Source: Eledone cirrhosa (taxonomy: Eukaryota). Taken from it: 64,000 bases of DNA. Shown here piece after piece: positions 27,177 through 42,164 of the stretch; the stretch's first letter is position 1; every line of letters begins with the position of its first letter. The DNA lies in NCBI GenBank assembly GCA_964016885.1, contig OZ024742.1, positions 179,924,001-179,988,000 on the forward strand. The letters run 5' to 3'. Both the position numbers and the translations under genes were made by a program. The notes below the pieces were generated by a model. That model worked only from the letters and a program-made list of their open reading frames with translations, did no database searches and was not told where the DNA came from.

Positions 27177-30057
27177 ATCATCATCATCATCGTCGTCATC
27201 GTTTAACGTCCATCTTCCATGCTAGCATGGGTTAGACGGTTTTGTTCCATTTGATGCAGGAATGGTCGGGAGACCATGTCCCACTCATACGGAAGCGTCT
27301 CTGACAGGTTTTTTTTACAGCTGGATGCCCTTCCTAACACCAACCACATTTACAGTGTGGACTGGCAGCCGTTTCACCATATCTCTTACACGGCCACCTT
27401 ACAATGTGGACTGTTGTGTCATCGACACAGTGGACAGAATGGGAGAGGGAGGATGGGGTAGGGTGTGGCGGTGGGGTGTACATTGAGTTAAGAGGTGCCT
27501 ACTGACTATAGGTTTGTATGCAATGGTAGTCGGGTCTTCTGTACAACTGCATGGGCGCCAAAGGTCTCGATCCAGTGTCATTGTCTCAGAAAGGTGTAGG
27601 TGGGCAAGGTCAGTTTTTATCACCTCGTCCCAGATTTTTCTTGGTCTACCCACTCCGCAGCTTCCATCAATTTTCATTGCCCTGCACTTTTTTATCCAGC
27701 TGTCGTCCTTCATACGCATCACATGTCCATACCAACACAATCTCCTCTCCAGAACACACATTTGATACCTCTTATGTTTAGTCTCACTCTTAGTTTTTTT
27801 ATGCTTCGCCTTTCGTGCACATTTCTATTACACATCCATCGGAGCATGCAAGCTTCCTTTCTTTCTAATCTATGCAGGTCTTCAGCGCACAATGCCTAAG
27901 TTTCACTACCATGTAATATCGCCGTTCATATACATGTATCATACAATCTGCCTTTGATATTTCGAGAAAAACCCCTTGTGGCCAACAGCGATATTAGCTC
28001 TCTGAACTTTTTCCACCCCGTTATAACTCTGGCTACTACACTTTCAGAGCACCCTCCCTCATTGCTGATTTTGTCACCTAGGTAACAGAAGGTGTCTACT
28101 ATTTCTATAGAACCATCTGGTCAGTTGATGGAGATATCATCCAGTGGGTCCTTGCTACTTACTGCACCTGAGCATTGGCCATATATAAAATCTACATTCT
28201 TAGATAGCCTACCTCTGATCCCACATAATCTTTTATGTACCCATAGTTTGTATTTGGGACACAGAATGGAGTTTCTACCTACTCCTTTCTTACACACTGA
28301 GCATGGCCATTTTCCAGAGGGTACCTGTGTCCTATTCTCCTTTCTACATACTATAACCTTAGTCTTAGACAAGTTGACTCTAAGGCCTTTTGATTCAAGA
28401 CCATGCTTCCATGTTTGGATCTTCCTCTCTAGTTCAGCCATAGATTCAGCTATGAGAGTTAGATCATCTGCATATAGAAGTTCCCATGGGCAGCCAGTCT
28501 TAAACCCCTCTGTTATAGCATGTAGGACAATAATAAACAGTTATGGGCTAAGAACAGAGCCCTGGTGAACCCCTACAATTACGCTAAATTCATCCCTATA
28601 TTCTTCATTAATTCTAACCTTGCTGACTGTTCCTCTATACATGGCTTGTATAGCTCTCACAAGCCATTCTTCCACTCCTAGTTTTCTAAGAGCTCACCAG
28701 ATTAAGGTGTAGGGGACTCTATCAAAGGCCTTCTCCAGGTCAACAAAAGCTAAGTAGAGGGGTTTACTGTTAGCTAGGTACTTCAACTGTAATTGCCGTA
28801 CAAGGAAAAGAGCATCCGTGGTACTTTTACCTGGCACAAACCCAAACTGCATTTCATCTAGATCAATTTGGTCTCTAATCAGTTGAGTAATAACTCTTTC
28901 TATGACTTTCATGATTTGGTCAACTAATTTAATACCCCTATAGTTTCCTCTATCCAGGGCGTCTCCTTTGCCCTTTTAACAGTTGATGATGATGCTGCTA
29001 TGCTAGTCATTTGGTATGACCCCATTCTGTATTACTTGGTTTACAATCCGGGTGACCATAGTATGTCCCACCATTCCAGATACCTTCAACATTTCAGCAA
29101 CTATCCCCGAAGGCCCAGCCACCTTGCTTGTCTTCATATCTTTGATTGCCTTACTTATTATACAACCACTAACTTGCACCGCTGGTCATTCTATTGGATT
29201 GATGTGGAGCAGACTATCTTTATTCCATTCATTCTCCACATTCAGTAGTCTCTTGTAGTGACACTTCCAAGCTACCTTCTTATCACTATCAGTGAGGGCA
29301 AGTACACCATTGTCATTATGGACACACGTCTCCCCGACAATATCACAGTTCTCCTTGACACATTACTTCGCAATCCTGAATATTTCACATCTTTGGTCCT
29401 CCTATTGTAGAATATGCTTGAACTTACTGTCCTCTGCTTCCCTCTTTGCAATGTAAACTTGTTGTTTAGCTTCTCTCCTAGCTACCCGATAGTGTTCTCT
29501 ACTACCCCCATCCTGCCATTCTTTCCACACCTGCTTTTTGCCCTTGATGGACTCCTCCACCTTACTGTTCTACCACCATGTCACTCTCCTCCTGCCTAAA
29601 GGTCTGCTTCAGCCACAGATTTCATTAGTCGCCTTCAACAGGTTAACTTTCAGGAATTCCCACTGTTCCTCTATATTGTATGACTCTAATTGCTCTTCCT
29701 TACTATCAAGAGCATCAAGTAATATGCCTTTGAATTTGTTACTGGTGCGGAGTTCTTCAACTTCCATAATCTTCTCCTTAAGGTATTCCTCTGCCGGCAA
29801 TTACGTCTGGCCCTGACTATGAGGTCACTTACTATTAAATTTTGTTGGGAGGTGCATTCTTCATGAGGGAGGGACTTAGTGTTCAAAACAGACACTTTGT
29901 CTCGTTTCCTAGTAAGGATAAGTCTGGCTGGTTGCTCCCTTGATCTATACTTGATCAAATGACTGTCACAATTTTTGAAGTTTGTGTTGCAGACAATCAG
30001 GTCATTTGCATCACAGAATTCCAGGATTCTGAAGCCTTCTGGAATTCTGTGATGCAA
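27177..30057 (-). mobile_element. Long RTE LINE (APE endonuclease C-terminal part, RT, 3' UTR), frameshifted
   Basis: EGFRILEFCDANDLIVCNTNF, DEMQFGFVPGKSTTDALF, FVDLEKAFDRVP, LYADDL, RRLCWYGHVMR; (GAT)n tail. Confidence 0.95.
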
Positions 30058-30059
30058 AC

Positions 30060-31130
30060 TGTCTGCAACATGCTTAATATTAGACGATAGATTAGAGAAA
30101 AGACTGAGTGGATGAAATTTTAGTATGGCCAGCTACAAGATAAGTTAAGGATCATCAAAGTTTACTTTAACTAAAAAGTCTTTGTTTAGAAAAGGAATAC
30201 CAAGGATAATGTGTAGGTAACTGTCAGGTAGAATAGGGAAAATATATTTGACTGTATAGGTGGTGTTTTACTATTACATCCAGTTCATGATATTTCTTGA
30301 TTGGCATAGATCATCATACCCATATAGTTTTTAGTTGGAAACCTTAAGTTAGGATTCAGATATGAAGTTTTTATGTCATTGGGTTTTCTTTAGAGAAGCT
30401 CTGTGAATGGCTAAGTCAATAATCAAATAATCAAGTGTTTGTATGGAGAAAACATATGGACAAGTGTCGTAAGGAGTATTAAAATGTTTGCCTGTTCTCT
30501 TGTGGATCTACAAAGCTTTGAAAATTGTCTCTTTTTCTTACACTTGAAACACATACCATCATGGAGATTTTCTGCAGAAATAATATTTTGGTTCCATCAA
30601 GGCACAGCTGCACAATAGGATGTTCTTTTCGAAGAATGATTTGTTTCAAAATGTGATAATTTTTCTCTAACCACTGTTGAGGAAACTACTGCACTGTATT
30701 TGTAGAGCAGAGTTACAGGTCTGAGGAACTTGATTTATGGCCGAAGTTAATACATGACTTTTCTTCTCCAGTAGTTTGGTTTGTATACAGGCAAAAGATA
30801 TTCAAATTATGAATGAATTACATACATTTGTCTCTCTATGTATCAGCTGTGATATTTTTGAAGGTACAGTCTATGTTGAGTCTCTGAAGATGTCTTTGGT
30901 ATCCTTTAAAAAACTCCATAGTCAATAATATGTGAGTGCCAAGCTTGATTTGCTACAACTTCATTGGATGGCAGATTTTTTTATTTTCCACAGCAGTTAA
31001 GACATCATTGTAGTTAGTAGGCCACACCATATGTCCATAACTCCCAATAGAGTTACAAAGATGCTGTCTTGAAACACAGCATCTCGATGGGCATTTTAAA
31101 CATGGCAGAGTTCCTCTCATTCCATTTCTG
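30060..31130 (-). mobile_element. Possible highly decayed non-LTR RT remnant
   Basis: Only faint motifs (LALTYIDY, LGIPF). Confidence 0.3.
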
Positions 31131-31366
31131 ATGATAGCTGATTTCTTCTAGAATAAGAGAGAGGCAGGAGTGGGGGAATAATTTATCCCAGTACCGAGCT
31201 TGCAGTTTTTCTTTCTTTGATAAATAAAGTTGACATCATTGGCAGAATTTAAACTGAGAGTACAGAAAGCTGAATCAAATATTGCAAAGTATTCTATCTG
31301 ATGTTGTAATGATTCTACCAATTTCCCATCTGTTTGTAATTAGTAAACTTGCATTATTCTGTCTTG

Positions 31367-31548
31367 GATTGGCAGTATCGGTAGAGGGTCGGACGCCATG
31401 CTTTCCAGCATAGTTACGTCCCTTTATGATCTGAGTTCAAATCCCGCCGAGGTTGACTTTGCCTTTCATCCTTACGGGGTCGATAAAATAAAGTACCAGT
31501 AATGCACTGGGTAATTGCTGGCCTTGTGCCTAAAGTAGAAACAATTAT
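31367..31548 (+). mobile_element. SINE-B full copy (Nin-domain-like tRNA SINE)
   Basis: A box tggcagtatcgg, B box gagttcaaatcc, gcctttcatccttacggggtcgataaaat; flanked by the target-site duplication attattctgtctt. Confidence 0.9.
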
Positions 31549-31629
31549 TCTGTCTTACTAAATATTAAATTGACATCTTTGTATATATGTAAGAATATGT
31601 GTGACATCCGAATGAGTATCCTCATCTCC

Positions 31630-32075
31630 AAATATCTTACCCTTCACTTCTTGGTCCCAACCAATAGGATGGAGAATACATTGCCACTCCACATCACGAG
31701 GCTCACACATGCAAGCAGCCAACTCTGCTCCAATACCTGTGGGCAGGGATGTGGTCCAGGGGCCAAGAACATCATAAGTTTCCACTGCTAGAAGCTTTAC
31801 CATAAACCTATCAGTGAGCAGCTGATATTTGGTTAGATTGCCCTCTTTGGTTTGGCAGGCAGCAGAGCCTTGGCTGGTAGCTGAATGCACCAGGTTACCA
31901 CTAGAGAAGGTATCACAGCATGTAGCATCCCAGATGAGAGGCCTACTCCCTTGGCACAGAAAGCTTGTCAGAAAGCTTGTCATGCCTTTTCCTGTCCCCT
32001 TTGTCCAACCCTGCTGGCTTGAGCTGGTAAGGGAAGCTGGAGGGACAATAGAGTTTGATAGGCATCACAGATAAG
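31630..32075 (-). mobile_element. CRE-clade-like non-LTR retrotransposon endonuclease remnant
   Basis: KPAGLDKGDRKR.D...PLIWDATCCDTF...GSAA...KYQLL...LAVETYDVLGP. Confidence 0.8.
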
Positions 32076-33431
32076 TCACTAGTTTCCTCCAAAAACAATT
32101 CCGGACATAACTGGTCTGGCTTTTCATATTTGGCATAGTGCATCTTGGGTTACATTATCTAATCTTGTTCCTGTGGTTTGTTTAGCCTTAGGAGAACTCT
32201 GACTAAGCAGATCTATGGTTGAAAGTATTCCAACAATGACAATCTAATATTTTTAAGGTTATCTAAGATTGTATTATTGACAGTGCTCTGTTCAGATGGT
32301 AGGGTGTGATATGAGAGATATTTAATGGTTATTTCAAACAAATCATGCAACAACATAGAAGCCGCTCATTGGCTGTTAATATAACAACAATAATATTGAA
32401 TGGCAGAATAAATCAACTTTTTCTTGTGATTTGTGTGTGTGTGTCTCCCCTTCCACCACTATATCCATTTATTTATTGAGAGCAGGGTTGCATTGGATAT
32501 GTCAGATTGAGAATATTGACTATTGTGCAAGAAATATTTAGCTGGTGTTCCTGTCTGTATACTTTTAAAGGAGTAACACCATTTAAGCAAAGGCTCCAAG
32601 ATAGTTTGTGACAGCTAAAATCTCAACATAAGTTTGGTTTTAAAGTCTTTACTGCTAAAGAAGGCAAATACTTAAACTGATATGACAGGATTTATTGGTT
32701 GAGGCATGGATGTGTGGTTACGAAGTATACTATAAAACTACATAGTTCAATTGCACTGCTTGGCAATTTGGGCATAGTTTTGGGTTATTCAAAGCCTTAT
32801 AAATTACATTTTCGTTGTCAGAAATGCAGTGGAAGCCCATCAAATGGACTATTCCTGTTTTTGAGTGGTAAACTGCAACACCACCACCTGCAGAATACTC
32901 TCTGTTGCTAGCATTTTTTCCTTCCTCCAATTAATTTTCGAGGCATTGAAAAGAATCATTGTTATCTGTCCTTCCAATTTGATTAAGCTATGGTAACATT
33001 AATTAAAACATCTCAGCATATTGACACAATTGTTGTAAATACACTGCTTACTAAGATCATCGACCTCTTCACCATGATCACCAAGAATTGAACAAAATAA
33101 TAGATATTGCATAGCATGACACAATTATCCCAAACTGACATTGATATTAAATATTAAACAAACAACAATACAACCATTAAAATATTAATATGCTAGCCTG
33201 TTGAGTTTGCACTATATGCAAATAAGCCACTATAAAAAATGTATTTCCAAAATCTATTTATGAGAAGAATTAGCTTTCTACACTTCAGTACCAAATGACT
33301 ACCATTGATGGAGGATTAAGAATCCCGAAATACATGTATTTGGCATTCTCACATGGTTAAGGAGGTCCGGTGATACGATTGCAGCTTAAAATCTCCATGG
33401 TGAGTCTGTGTGTGTTTATTATACATAAGGA

Positions 33432-33708
33432 TGGGTGATGTGTTGTTTCCTTGAGCAAGACACTTTATTTCACATTGCTCCAGTTTACTCAGCTGTAGAA
33501 ATGAGATGATAGGGACTGGGGTCCATATCATTCATCTGTAAAGTTGTCATGGAGGTGCTACGGAAAAAAAGCACCCGGCACTCACTGTAAATGAGGTTGG
33601 TGTTAGGAAAGGCATCCAGCTGTACAATTCAAGCCAGAATTAGTTCCCATCCCACCCTTGCAAGCAGGGAAAAGCGGACGTAAAATGATGATGATGATGA
33701 TGATGATG
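33432..33708 (+). mobile_element. 5'-truncated SINE-A
   Basis: Consensus match, (GAT)n tail. Confidence 0.88.
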
Positions 33709-33754
33709 AAGCATATTGTATATAGAAGCATAAAAGTCTAAAGTCTGTCTTACA

Positions 33755-34012
33755 CCAGAAGGCTCATTTGGCTGGTGCTTATCCCGGTTTCATGGCGTGA
33801 AGCGACAGAGTACAAGACTCCCCCCTGGACAGAACTCCAGTCCATCGCAGGGTTAAACCCCCAGCTATTGCTGGTACTCATTTCAGCTGAGTATATTGGA
33901 GCAATGTGAAAGGAAGTGTTTTGCTCAAGAACACAATACGCAACCCAGGAATCGAACCCACAACGTTACGATTGTAAGTCAAACACCATTACCACTAGGC
34001 CACATGCCTCCA
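33755..34012 (-). mobile_element. Third tRNA/CORE SINE family (SINE-C)
   Basis: A/B boxes, ttcttgagcaaaacactt, tail ccctgcgatggactgg...catgaaaccgggataag; second copy at 46960-47207. Confidence 0.82.
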
Positions 34013-37000
34013 CTGTAGAAACACACAATATGCTTATGTATAATAAACAATATTGTGGATGAGAATTATAATGACTCCTATTCTTTTGAACTCATCTGTT
34101 CTATATCTGTCATATTTGAAGCCATATAGTGTGAAGTTAGGGTGTCGAATTTATGATAATAACATCGTTGATTTCATTCTTGAACTGGACATGTGTTCTG
34201 GAGCAAAATGCTTCATTTCACATTGCTTTTCAAGATAAGACTGGAATGCTTATCATTTAAACAAAAGCACTTTTCTATGAGATGCAATCTCGTAGAAGGC
34301 CAACTAAATCCAATAGGTGTGAGCTTCCAGTTTCATTTCATTTGAATTCACACAATTCAGTTGGTGCTCTTCTTTTTTACTGTTTACTCAGAGAGTTATG
34401 AGCGGCATGAATTTTGTTTTCTCAGAGTTTCTGTGACTAGTGGAAGGAAATGCGGAAGTTATTCTTAAACTAGAAACCTGGCTGAATGCTTGCAGCAGAG
34501 TGAACTTTTCTAAAGAAACCTAAGAAACAAATGACAGTGTTAAACTGAGCAACAGATTAAATCTGTCATCCATGAATTTAGAATGCAAAAAGTAAAAAAA
34601 GATTCTGCAAATAATTTCATACTGACAATCTAAGAATTTCTTCAAATGGCCTCGATTGATATTTCATTTAATGAAAGGCCAAGTAGATTATGACATAATT
34701 TCAACCCAAAGCACAGAGCTGAAAAGAAAAATATTGCAGGTTATTTATTCCTGCATTCTAATGACTCTGCCTTCATTCTAATAGTAATCTATATCTTATG
34801 GACAAATCTTAACTTTTTATTTTATAAATCTAGTAATCCAATACCCTTTACAAAAGGCATGTAGTTGTTGTAGAGGATACCTCGATTTCAATGGTGATAA
34901 GTATGAGAAACACATAACATATTCCAGATAGTTCAAATTTAGTTTTCTACAAACATTGAGTCATTAGGGCCAGTATAAAGGGTACATGAACATTCTTCCT
35001 AAAAAAGATGCAACATTATCATAGGTATATCTTTCCCAGTATTCTTCTACAAACTATAGATCTGAACTGAGATATATAGTACAGTGTAAAGTGTCTTACT
35101 TGGAAATATTTTAGAAACACCTGTACTGGGTTTGAATTCCTGAACCACGATATATTTTGTGGTTTTATAACTCAGTCTCATGGGGGAATGAATGTTGTTG
35201 ATACAATATTTGATTTTTGGTGTGTTTGAATTTAATGTAATACACTAACAAAACATTTATTACGCAGTGCTCTTGCTGTTTACATAGCCATGAAATGCCA
35301 TGCAATATGTGTTATCAGATTGTCAGTTCATGGTTTATGAGTTCAAATACAGTGAAGGTGTTTTCAGATTTTATTCTGTTTACCTCACTACTTTTGGAAG
35401 TTTAGAAACATTACCTGTGAGAGACTGACTTCTATCCAATGAATGATTTGTGTTACATCCCCTCAACTATAGATAAAATGGATTTATGTACCCATCTATT
35501 ACACACCTAACTTTCAAGAATGGGTTAATTTTTACTTCTTTCTTTGATCAATCTAGTTGAGCAAGTTGTTGAGGTTCAACTCTAGACGTTTGACTGAGTA
35601 TCCATCATGGCATTTCAATGGACGTTAGAAATGTTAGCATTGCCCATTTTCTTTCGAAGCTTCCAGTTTCTCAGTACGTTTAACTTGCCAGCACAAGCAG
35701 TTATTTGGATGTAGTTCAAACATGTCCCAGAGCCAAAAGTGCACATGAGAACCAGTGGAGCTATCCATCACTAACAATACTTCTTCCAGATATTAAGATA
35801 TTCTCTCTACATAAAAACCCCAGTTTTGAGATATTTCTTCAAATTCTGGATAACTCTTCATCTGGTATTGCTCTGTTTTCAAATGAACAAGAGTTAATGC
35901 TTGCAATGATTAATTGTATCTACACATGGTATCTACTTAGAGCTAGATGAACCAATCCAGTGAGTTAAAATGTCATTGCTTAGAGAACAGTAATGTTGTG
36001 ATATGACATAATCTGTTGAATCATGACAATTGGTGATCATATTGTATGTATATATGATATTATAGTGTGAGTATGTATATGCAGTATTATTGTAGAGTGG
36101 GTACATGCGGTTACAGATAAGTAGAAATGGTTATGAAATTTGTTTCACAATTAGGAGATACCAGGTTCAATCTCACCATGAGCCATCATGGACAGGTCTC
36201 ATTTGTTATTCAAGCATTGTGATATTGGGTAAATGGAAACTGTGGAAGGTTGTTTGATAGACACTTTGTATTAGATTGATTCTATGAAGTGTCTCTAGAG
36301 TATTCGGCCACATTCACTATAATTCAATAAAGTAAATTGTTCTGTTAATTGAACAACTGGAATACTAATAGGAGTTCCATTTAGTGGTTAGGTGATTGAG
36401 CTTACTATTGTCAGGTTACTATTGGACTGGTCTGTGTGTTGTGTCCTTGAGCAAGATACTTTATTTCATGTTTTTCCAGTTCACTCAGCTATAGAAATGA
36501 ATTTCAACAACACTAGCGCCAAGCTGTAACGGCCTTTGCCTTTTCCTTGGACAACATCAATGGTGTGGAGAGGAGAGACTGGTATGCATGGATGACTACT
36601 GATCTTCCACAATCAACATTGCTCAGACTTGTGCCTCAAAGGAGAACTTTCTAGGTGCAAATCCCATGGTCATTTGTAACTATTTTATGTGTATATATTT
36701 GTGATAGTATTGTAGTGTGAGTAGTGTAATTATGTATATGTGGGAGTACTAATGTGTGAATATATATCTGCAATAATAGTGTAGTGTAGGTACTTATATG
36801 TAATAGTATTGAAGTATGCATCAGTATAGTCATGTCTATTGACTAGAAACTGAAGGATTGAAGGTTACAGTAATGTGTTTTAATCCGGTTACCATCCTGG
36901 TATGGTCTAACAACTGATTACAAGTCACTTCAATATTATATACACATATATATACAGTACTATTATAGGTGATACACATGGTACAGTACTATTATAGTTA

Positions 37001-39109
37001 ATACATATACACACACTACAGTACTATGACAGATACACATACATATTACATTTGAATGACTAAAAATAGAGTTAGCATAATTTGTTAGGAAATTTCCGAG
37101 AAGAGTCATTTTGAGAAAACCTGAGTTATGACTCACTATTATACTCAAAGAAGACTATAAAAGTTATGGGTATTGTCCCTTCCTTTCATTATATTAACAA
37201 ATGAGAAAAGAAAGCAAATGATGTCATGAAAAAATGAATGTAAAAATAATTGTTTTTAATAAAAAAATTATTAAACTGATTATAAAAAATTAAAATAAGA
37301 TTTTTGAAATTAATACAACCAAGGTTTCTGTGGGTATCAGATAGAAAAACAAATATTATAGTTTGAAAGCTCTCTATTAGTATTAACTTTTATTAGTTTC
37401 AAATTTATGTTTATAAATTATACGAGGTCCCTTTCGAGAGAAATTAGTTTTCAACTTAATTGCAGCAAGCAATCAACTTGATAATTATCTTTATCCAAGT
37501 TTTTTAAAAATATTAATAACATTAATTTAGTTCAACAATGAAGTTTGAGGCACATTAGATAGAGAGAGCTATAGGTAAAAAGATAGTAAAATACTGCTGG
37601 ACTTACAGATTGCAGTTAAACATTATATTATCATTCTTTCTTTCATGGAGGACCTTTGGTGGAGGTGGTAGAGACTTGGGACTCTCAATTACCTACAGTT
37701 TGTTTTCTATCCGCAGGTATGTGTTGTGTTTATATCAAAGTCACAGAACACTTAAGTCACCTGTGTCATATTGCTATCATTTCCATGAGTAAGTAAAGTA
37801 TATCATTGTAATCAGTGGTATCATCATCATTATTTAATGTCTTTTCTTCCATGTAGGAAAGGGTTAGACATTCATCACAGATCAAGTCAGTACTTACATT
37901 TCACTTAAATACATTCTGGGATTTACAGAGTGTACTTGGTGCATTTTGTCATGGCATCAGCCTTGAGCTATGACCACTTGTCCACCCCATGCCAGCAGGG
38001 AAAGCAGGTATAAAATGATGATTATGATGATGTTGTATGTATGTGACCTCTCAACACTTTAGCTGCTAACCAGTTATCTCTTGGTTCAGTCAGTTGTAAT
38101 TCTGCTGCTTATAATGTATGAGGGATGAAAAGTGATCATAAGGGATTTGAAGGAAAACATGTAGCTAAAGGAAATAAAAACATATAAACAACTTAATCTG
38201 GTGCCTTAATGTTTATGTCAACTCAGTGTCTATTAATGTTTGAAATTAATATTGATTTCTTTAAAAACAATTTCTTTTCAGTGAACAAAAATTATTTTAG
38301 AATGAAATAATTGTATGGAAATAATTAGGGAAAAATCAACATTGTCATGAATAAAGAAAGGGAAAAAAGAACAAAATGAAAAAGAAAAGATAAAGGAATT
38401 ACTAATGATTCCTTTGGAACCATAAACAGCAGAATTTGAAATTATGTAATTTTGTTGTTAGGTTGTTGTATGCAAGGTGTTATTCCAGTGCTGTTGTTGT
38501 TGTTGTTGTTGTTGGCTACAAAGTGTAATCTCAAAATTACTGTTGTTGTTCGCTACACAATATAATTTCCAGATTGCTGTTGTTATTGTTGGTAAGGGTG
38601 CAGTGTCCTTTGACAAACCCAATATATATGCCTTTACAAAATTGATACACAGAAATGGTAGCAGAAATCTGATAGATCTCTTCTTAAATCAGGTTTTGTC
38701 TGGTTTATCTGATATTTGCCTTAATGGGTTACAGTTTATTAAATGGTTCACTGTATGTATGCGTGCATATATACATAGCAGAATGGATATAAACAAGAAT
38801 GTTATATATATGATGGCTGCAAACTCACACTAAGAGTATTGCAATTGCTTGTCAAATTCACATGTTTGATGCTTGGATATGGCTTTTCACTCGAGACTTG
38901 CACTCCTTCGCACATTGCTAGAGACTTGCACTCCTTCGCACATTGACGACAACTCTGGATCTCCCTGGCATCAGGTCTTGCATCAGGTTGCCTGTGAATC
39001 TTCACATACCACTTAAGATCTACTACTGATTGAGATTCTTTGCCACATTCATTATATTCTATATATATATAATGTCATATAATAATGAAATTATTATGTA
39101 CAGTGCTCA

Positions 39110-40350
39110 GGGTACTACAACTTCTCAAAGGTGCATGTATAGTACATAGAATAATGTACAAATGTTAAGAAAGTGAATAGTGTATGAGTAATGATATACA
39201 TGTGTGTGTATGGAGTGATGTCAAATGTAGTGTTAGTGAATTTCAGGAAGCATGGAGGTTTTAAAGGAGGCAGTGTCCCGGCAGCTAACAACTGATGCAG
39301 GTAGTTTGTTCCATGCTTCAGCAACTATGATCGTGAAAAAATGTTTCTGAAAGTCATGGGAGCTGTGCTGTTTTCTGACTTTGTAGGCATGCCCACGGAT
39401 GTTAGACACATGGAATTCAAAAAGGTGCTCAGGGTTCTTGTTGGCAAGATGGTTAATAATATTGTGGGTGTTTACCAAGACAGTTGCCAGACGCCGGAGC
39501 TTCAATATATCCATGCCCAGGGTAGCAAGGCGTTCAGAGTATGGTAGATGTCTGATGGAGGGTATTCACTTGGTTGCATATCTCTGAACAGTTTCCAGGT
39601 GGTCAATGTTCTGAGCAAGATTGGGGTTCCAGACTAGTGATGCAAATTCTAAGTGTGGCCACACCATAGCTATACACAGCTTTAAATAGATAGCTGGAGA
39701 GCAGCTGACAAACGTCTTGCTGAGTGATGCCAAGACACCCTTGGTCTTCTTGACAATTTTAGAGATGTGCTTTGTCCAACTCAAATCGCTGCTGACAGTA
39801 ATGCCCAGGTCATTTTCACAAGAAGACTTTTTGATATTAGTGTTGTGGAGGGAGTATGTGGATGCTGGGTTTTTGCTCCTAAAATGCATGGTGGTACACT
39901 TGTTCACAGCCAGCTTGAGTTGCCAGTCCGTGATCCATTACTGCATTGTGACCCAGTATGATTGCAGGAAAGATAGATAGTGTTCAGGATCTGTCCTTTT
40001 TACCTCAAGGTACAGCTTAATGTCACCTGCATATTTCAGTACTGTGGCATTCTGTAAGTTGGTATCTATGACATTAATATATGCAACAAACAAAAGGAGA
40101 TGAAGAACATATCCCTGTGGCACACCAGATGACATCTCACAGGGTGAAAAATGCTGTCCTAGAACCATGACTACCTCTTTTTGATTGAGAATAAAGGACT
40201 TCAACCAGTTAAAAAGATTATCTCTCATACCCATTGCAGAGAATTTTGCCGAAAGTCTTTTGTGTGGCACATAATTAAAATCTTTAGCAAAGTCAAGGTA
40301 AACAACATCCACCCTTGAGTCACCATCTGTGATCCGGATAATGTCTTCAA
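39110..40350 (-). mobile_element. CR1/L2-group LINE 3' fragment
   Basis: VDVVYLDFAKDFNYVPH, SGVPQG.VL..LLF..YIN, LETVQRYATK, RGHAYK, AWNKLP. Confidence 0.9.
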
Positions 40351-40461
40351 TAGATATAAATGTATGTGTGTATATATGCATATATATGTGTGTATATTTG
40401 TGTGTGTATATGTATATATGTGTGTGTATGTATATATACATATATATATAAATATATATAC

Positions 40462-40655
40462 ATCATCATCATCGTTTAACGTCTCTTCCACGCTAGCATG
40501 GATTAGGCGGGAATTGTCCCACTTGAGGCAAGATTGGTTGGGTGACCGTGTCTCGCTCGTATAGGACTATCTGGCAGGTTTTCTACGGCTGGATGCCCTT
40601 CCTAACACCAACCACATTTACAGTGTAGATGGGAGCTTTTTACCATGTTACCTAC
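40462..40655 (-). mobile_element. RTE 3' UTR fragment
   Basis: (CAT)n tail plus ggatgcccttcctaacac. Confidence 0.8.
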
Positions 40656-40861
40656 ACATAGATATAAATGGAAAGTTAAGAAAAAACTATACAAGTGAAC
40701 AATATACTGCAATAATGGTGTATTAGAGTATTAAAGTTAGAAATGAATCTTAATATTTAAAATGCTAGTCCTTCATTAAAATATAGAAACAGAGAAGAGA
40801 TATTGGGGTCAGTGGAAGAAGATAGATGAGAATAAAAAGAAAACAGGAAAAAGAAATTGGA

Positions 40862-41209
40862 ATCATCATCATCATCATCATTTCATTTTACGTCCGCTTT
40901 TTCCCTGCTTGGAAGGGTGGGACGGGAACTGATTCTGGCTTGACTTCTACAGCTGGATGCCCTTCCTAACACCAACCTCATTTACAGTGAGTGCTGGGTG
41001 CTTTTTTGCCGTGGCACCTCCACGACCACTTTGCAGTGGAATGATATGGACCCCAGTCCCTATCATCTCATTGCTACAGCTGAGTAAACTGGAGCAATGT
41101 GAAATAAAGTGTCTTGCTCAAGGAAACAACACATCACCCGGTCTGAGAATTGAACTCATAACCTTTCGATTGCAAGGCCAATGCTCTAACCACTAAGCCA
41201 TGTGCCTCC
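40862..41209 (-). mobile_element. SINE-A full copy
   Basis: Consensus match. Confidence 0.9.
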
Positions 41210-41312
41210 ATATGAGGCTGAATATTTGAAGAGTTGTAGTAGTGGGGATAAGTGAGAAGATACACACGCACACACACACACACATATATATATATGTGAG
41301 TTCAATATATAT

Positions 41313-41595
41313 GTGAGTTCAATTCTCAGACCGGGTGGTGTGTTGTTTCCTTGAGCAAGACACTTTATTTCACATTGCTCCAGTTTACTCAGCTGTAGAA
41401 ATGAGATGATAGTGACTGAGGTCCTTATCATTCCACTGCAAAGTGGTCGTGTAGGTGCCACGGCAAAAAAGCACCCAGCACTCACTATAAATGAGGTTGG
41501 TGTTAGGAAGGGCATCCAGCTGTAGAAATCAAGCCAGAATCAGTTCCCGTCCCACCCTTGCAAGCAGGGAAAAGCGGACGTAAAATGAAATGATG
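41313..41595 (+). mobile_element. SINE-A, 5'-truncated
   Basis: Consensus match. Confidence 0.9.
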
Positions 41596-42164
41596 AAAAA
41601 ATGAAATGATATAAGGCAGCTAGTTTCTGTCAAATTTACACATATTGCTTTACATGACTATTACCTCCAGAAACAACAATTTGGGGCTGTAAAATATCAT
41701 TCCTCATGGCATAAACAATATTTGATTGCATACTGATTACTCAGTTCAGAAAGATGCAAATGTTTCTTTAAATTCCAATATGACTAGAGATAGTATAAAG
41801 TAATTATTTTCTATCTAACAAGACTAGCTGTTGAAGATGTGAAGTGGAAAGTAAACATATTAGTGATCATATCAACAAATTTTGGTAAAAGAAATCTGTT
41901 TCCTGAAACATATTTCTACACTACATCCTACACAATAATATTTCCAATATTATTAGATGCAAGTTATTGATTTCTTACAAGAAATATATAGAAAATATGT
42001 AACACTGAAGAACATGATAATAATAATTTCTCATAGATAATAATAATATTTTTGATGGGTAAATTGACCGAAGATATTACAATAAAATTTATCAATAACA
42101 TACATTTATATACAAATATATTCATATTACGTGTGTATGTCTGTATGTATGTATCATCATTTAT

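Noticed and set aside
38892-38946. Short tandem duplication (also 26777-26823)
   Set aside because: Ordinary local slippage duplication.
40957-41196. Recurrent MPFLTPT... ORF (also 21300, 41186, 57127)
   Set aside because: Antisense frame of SINE-A.
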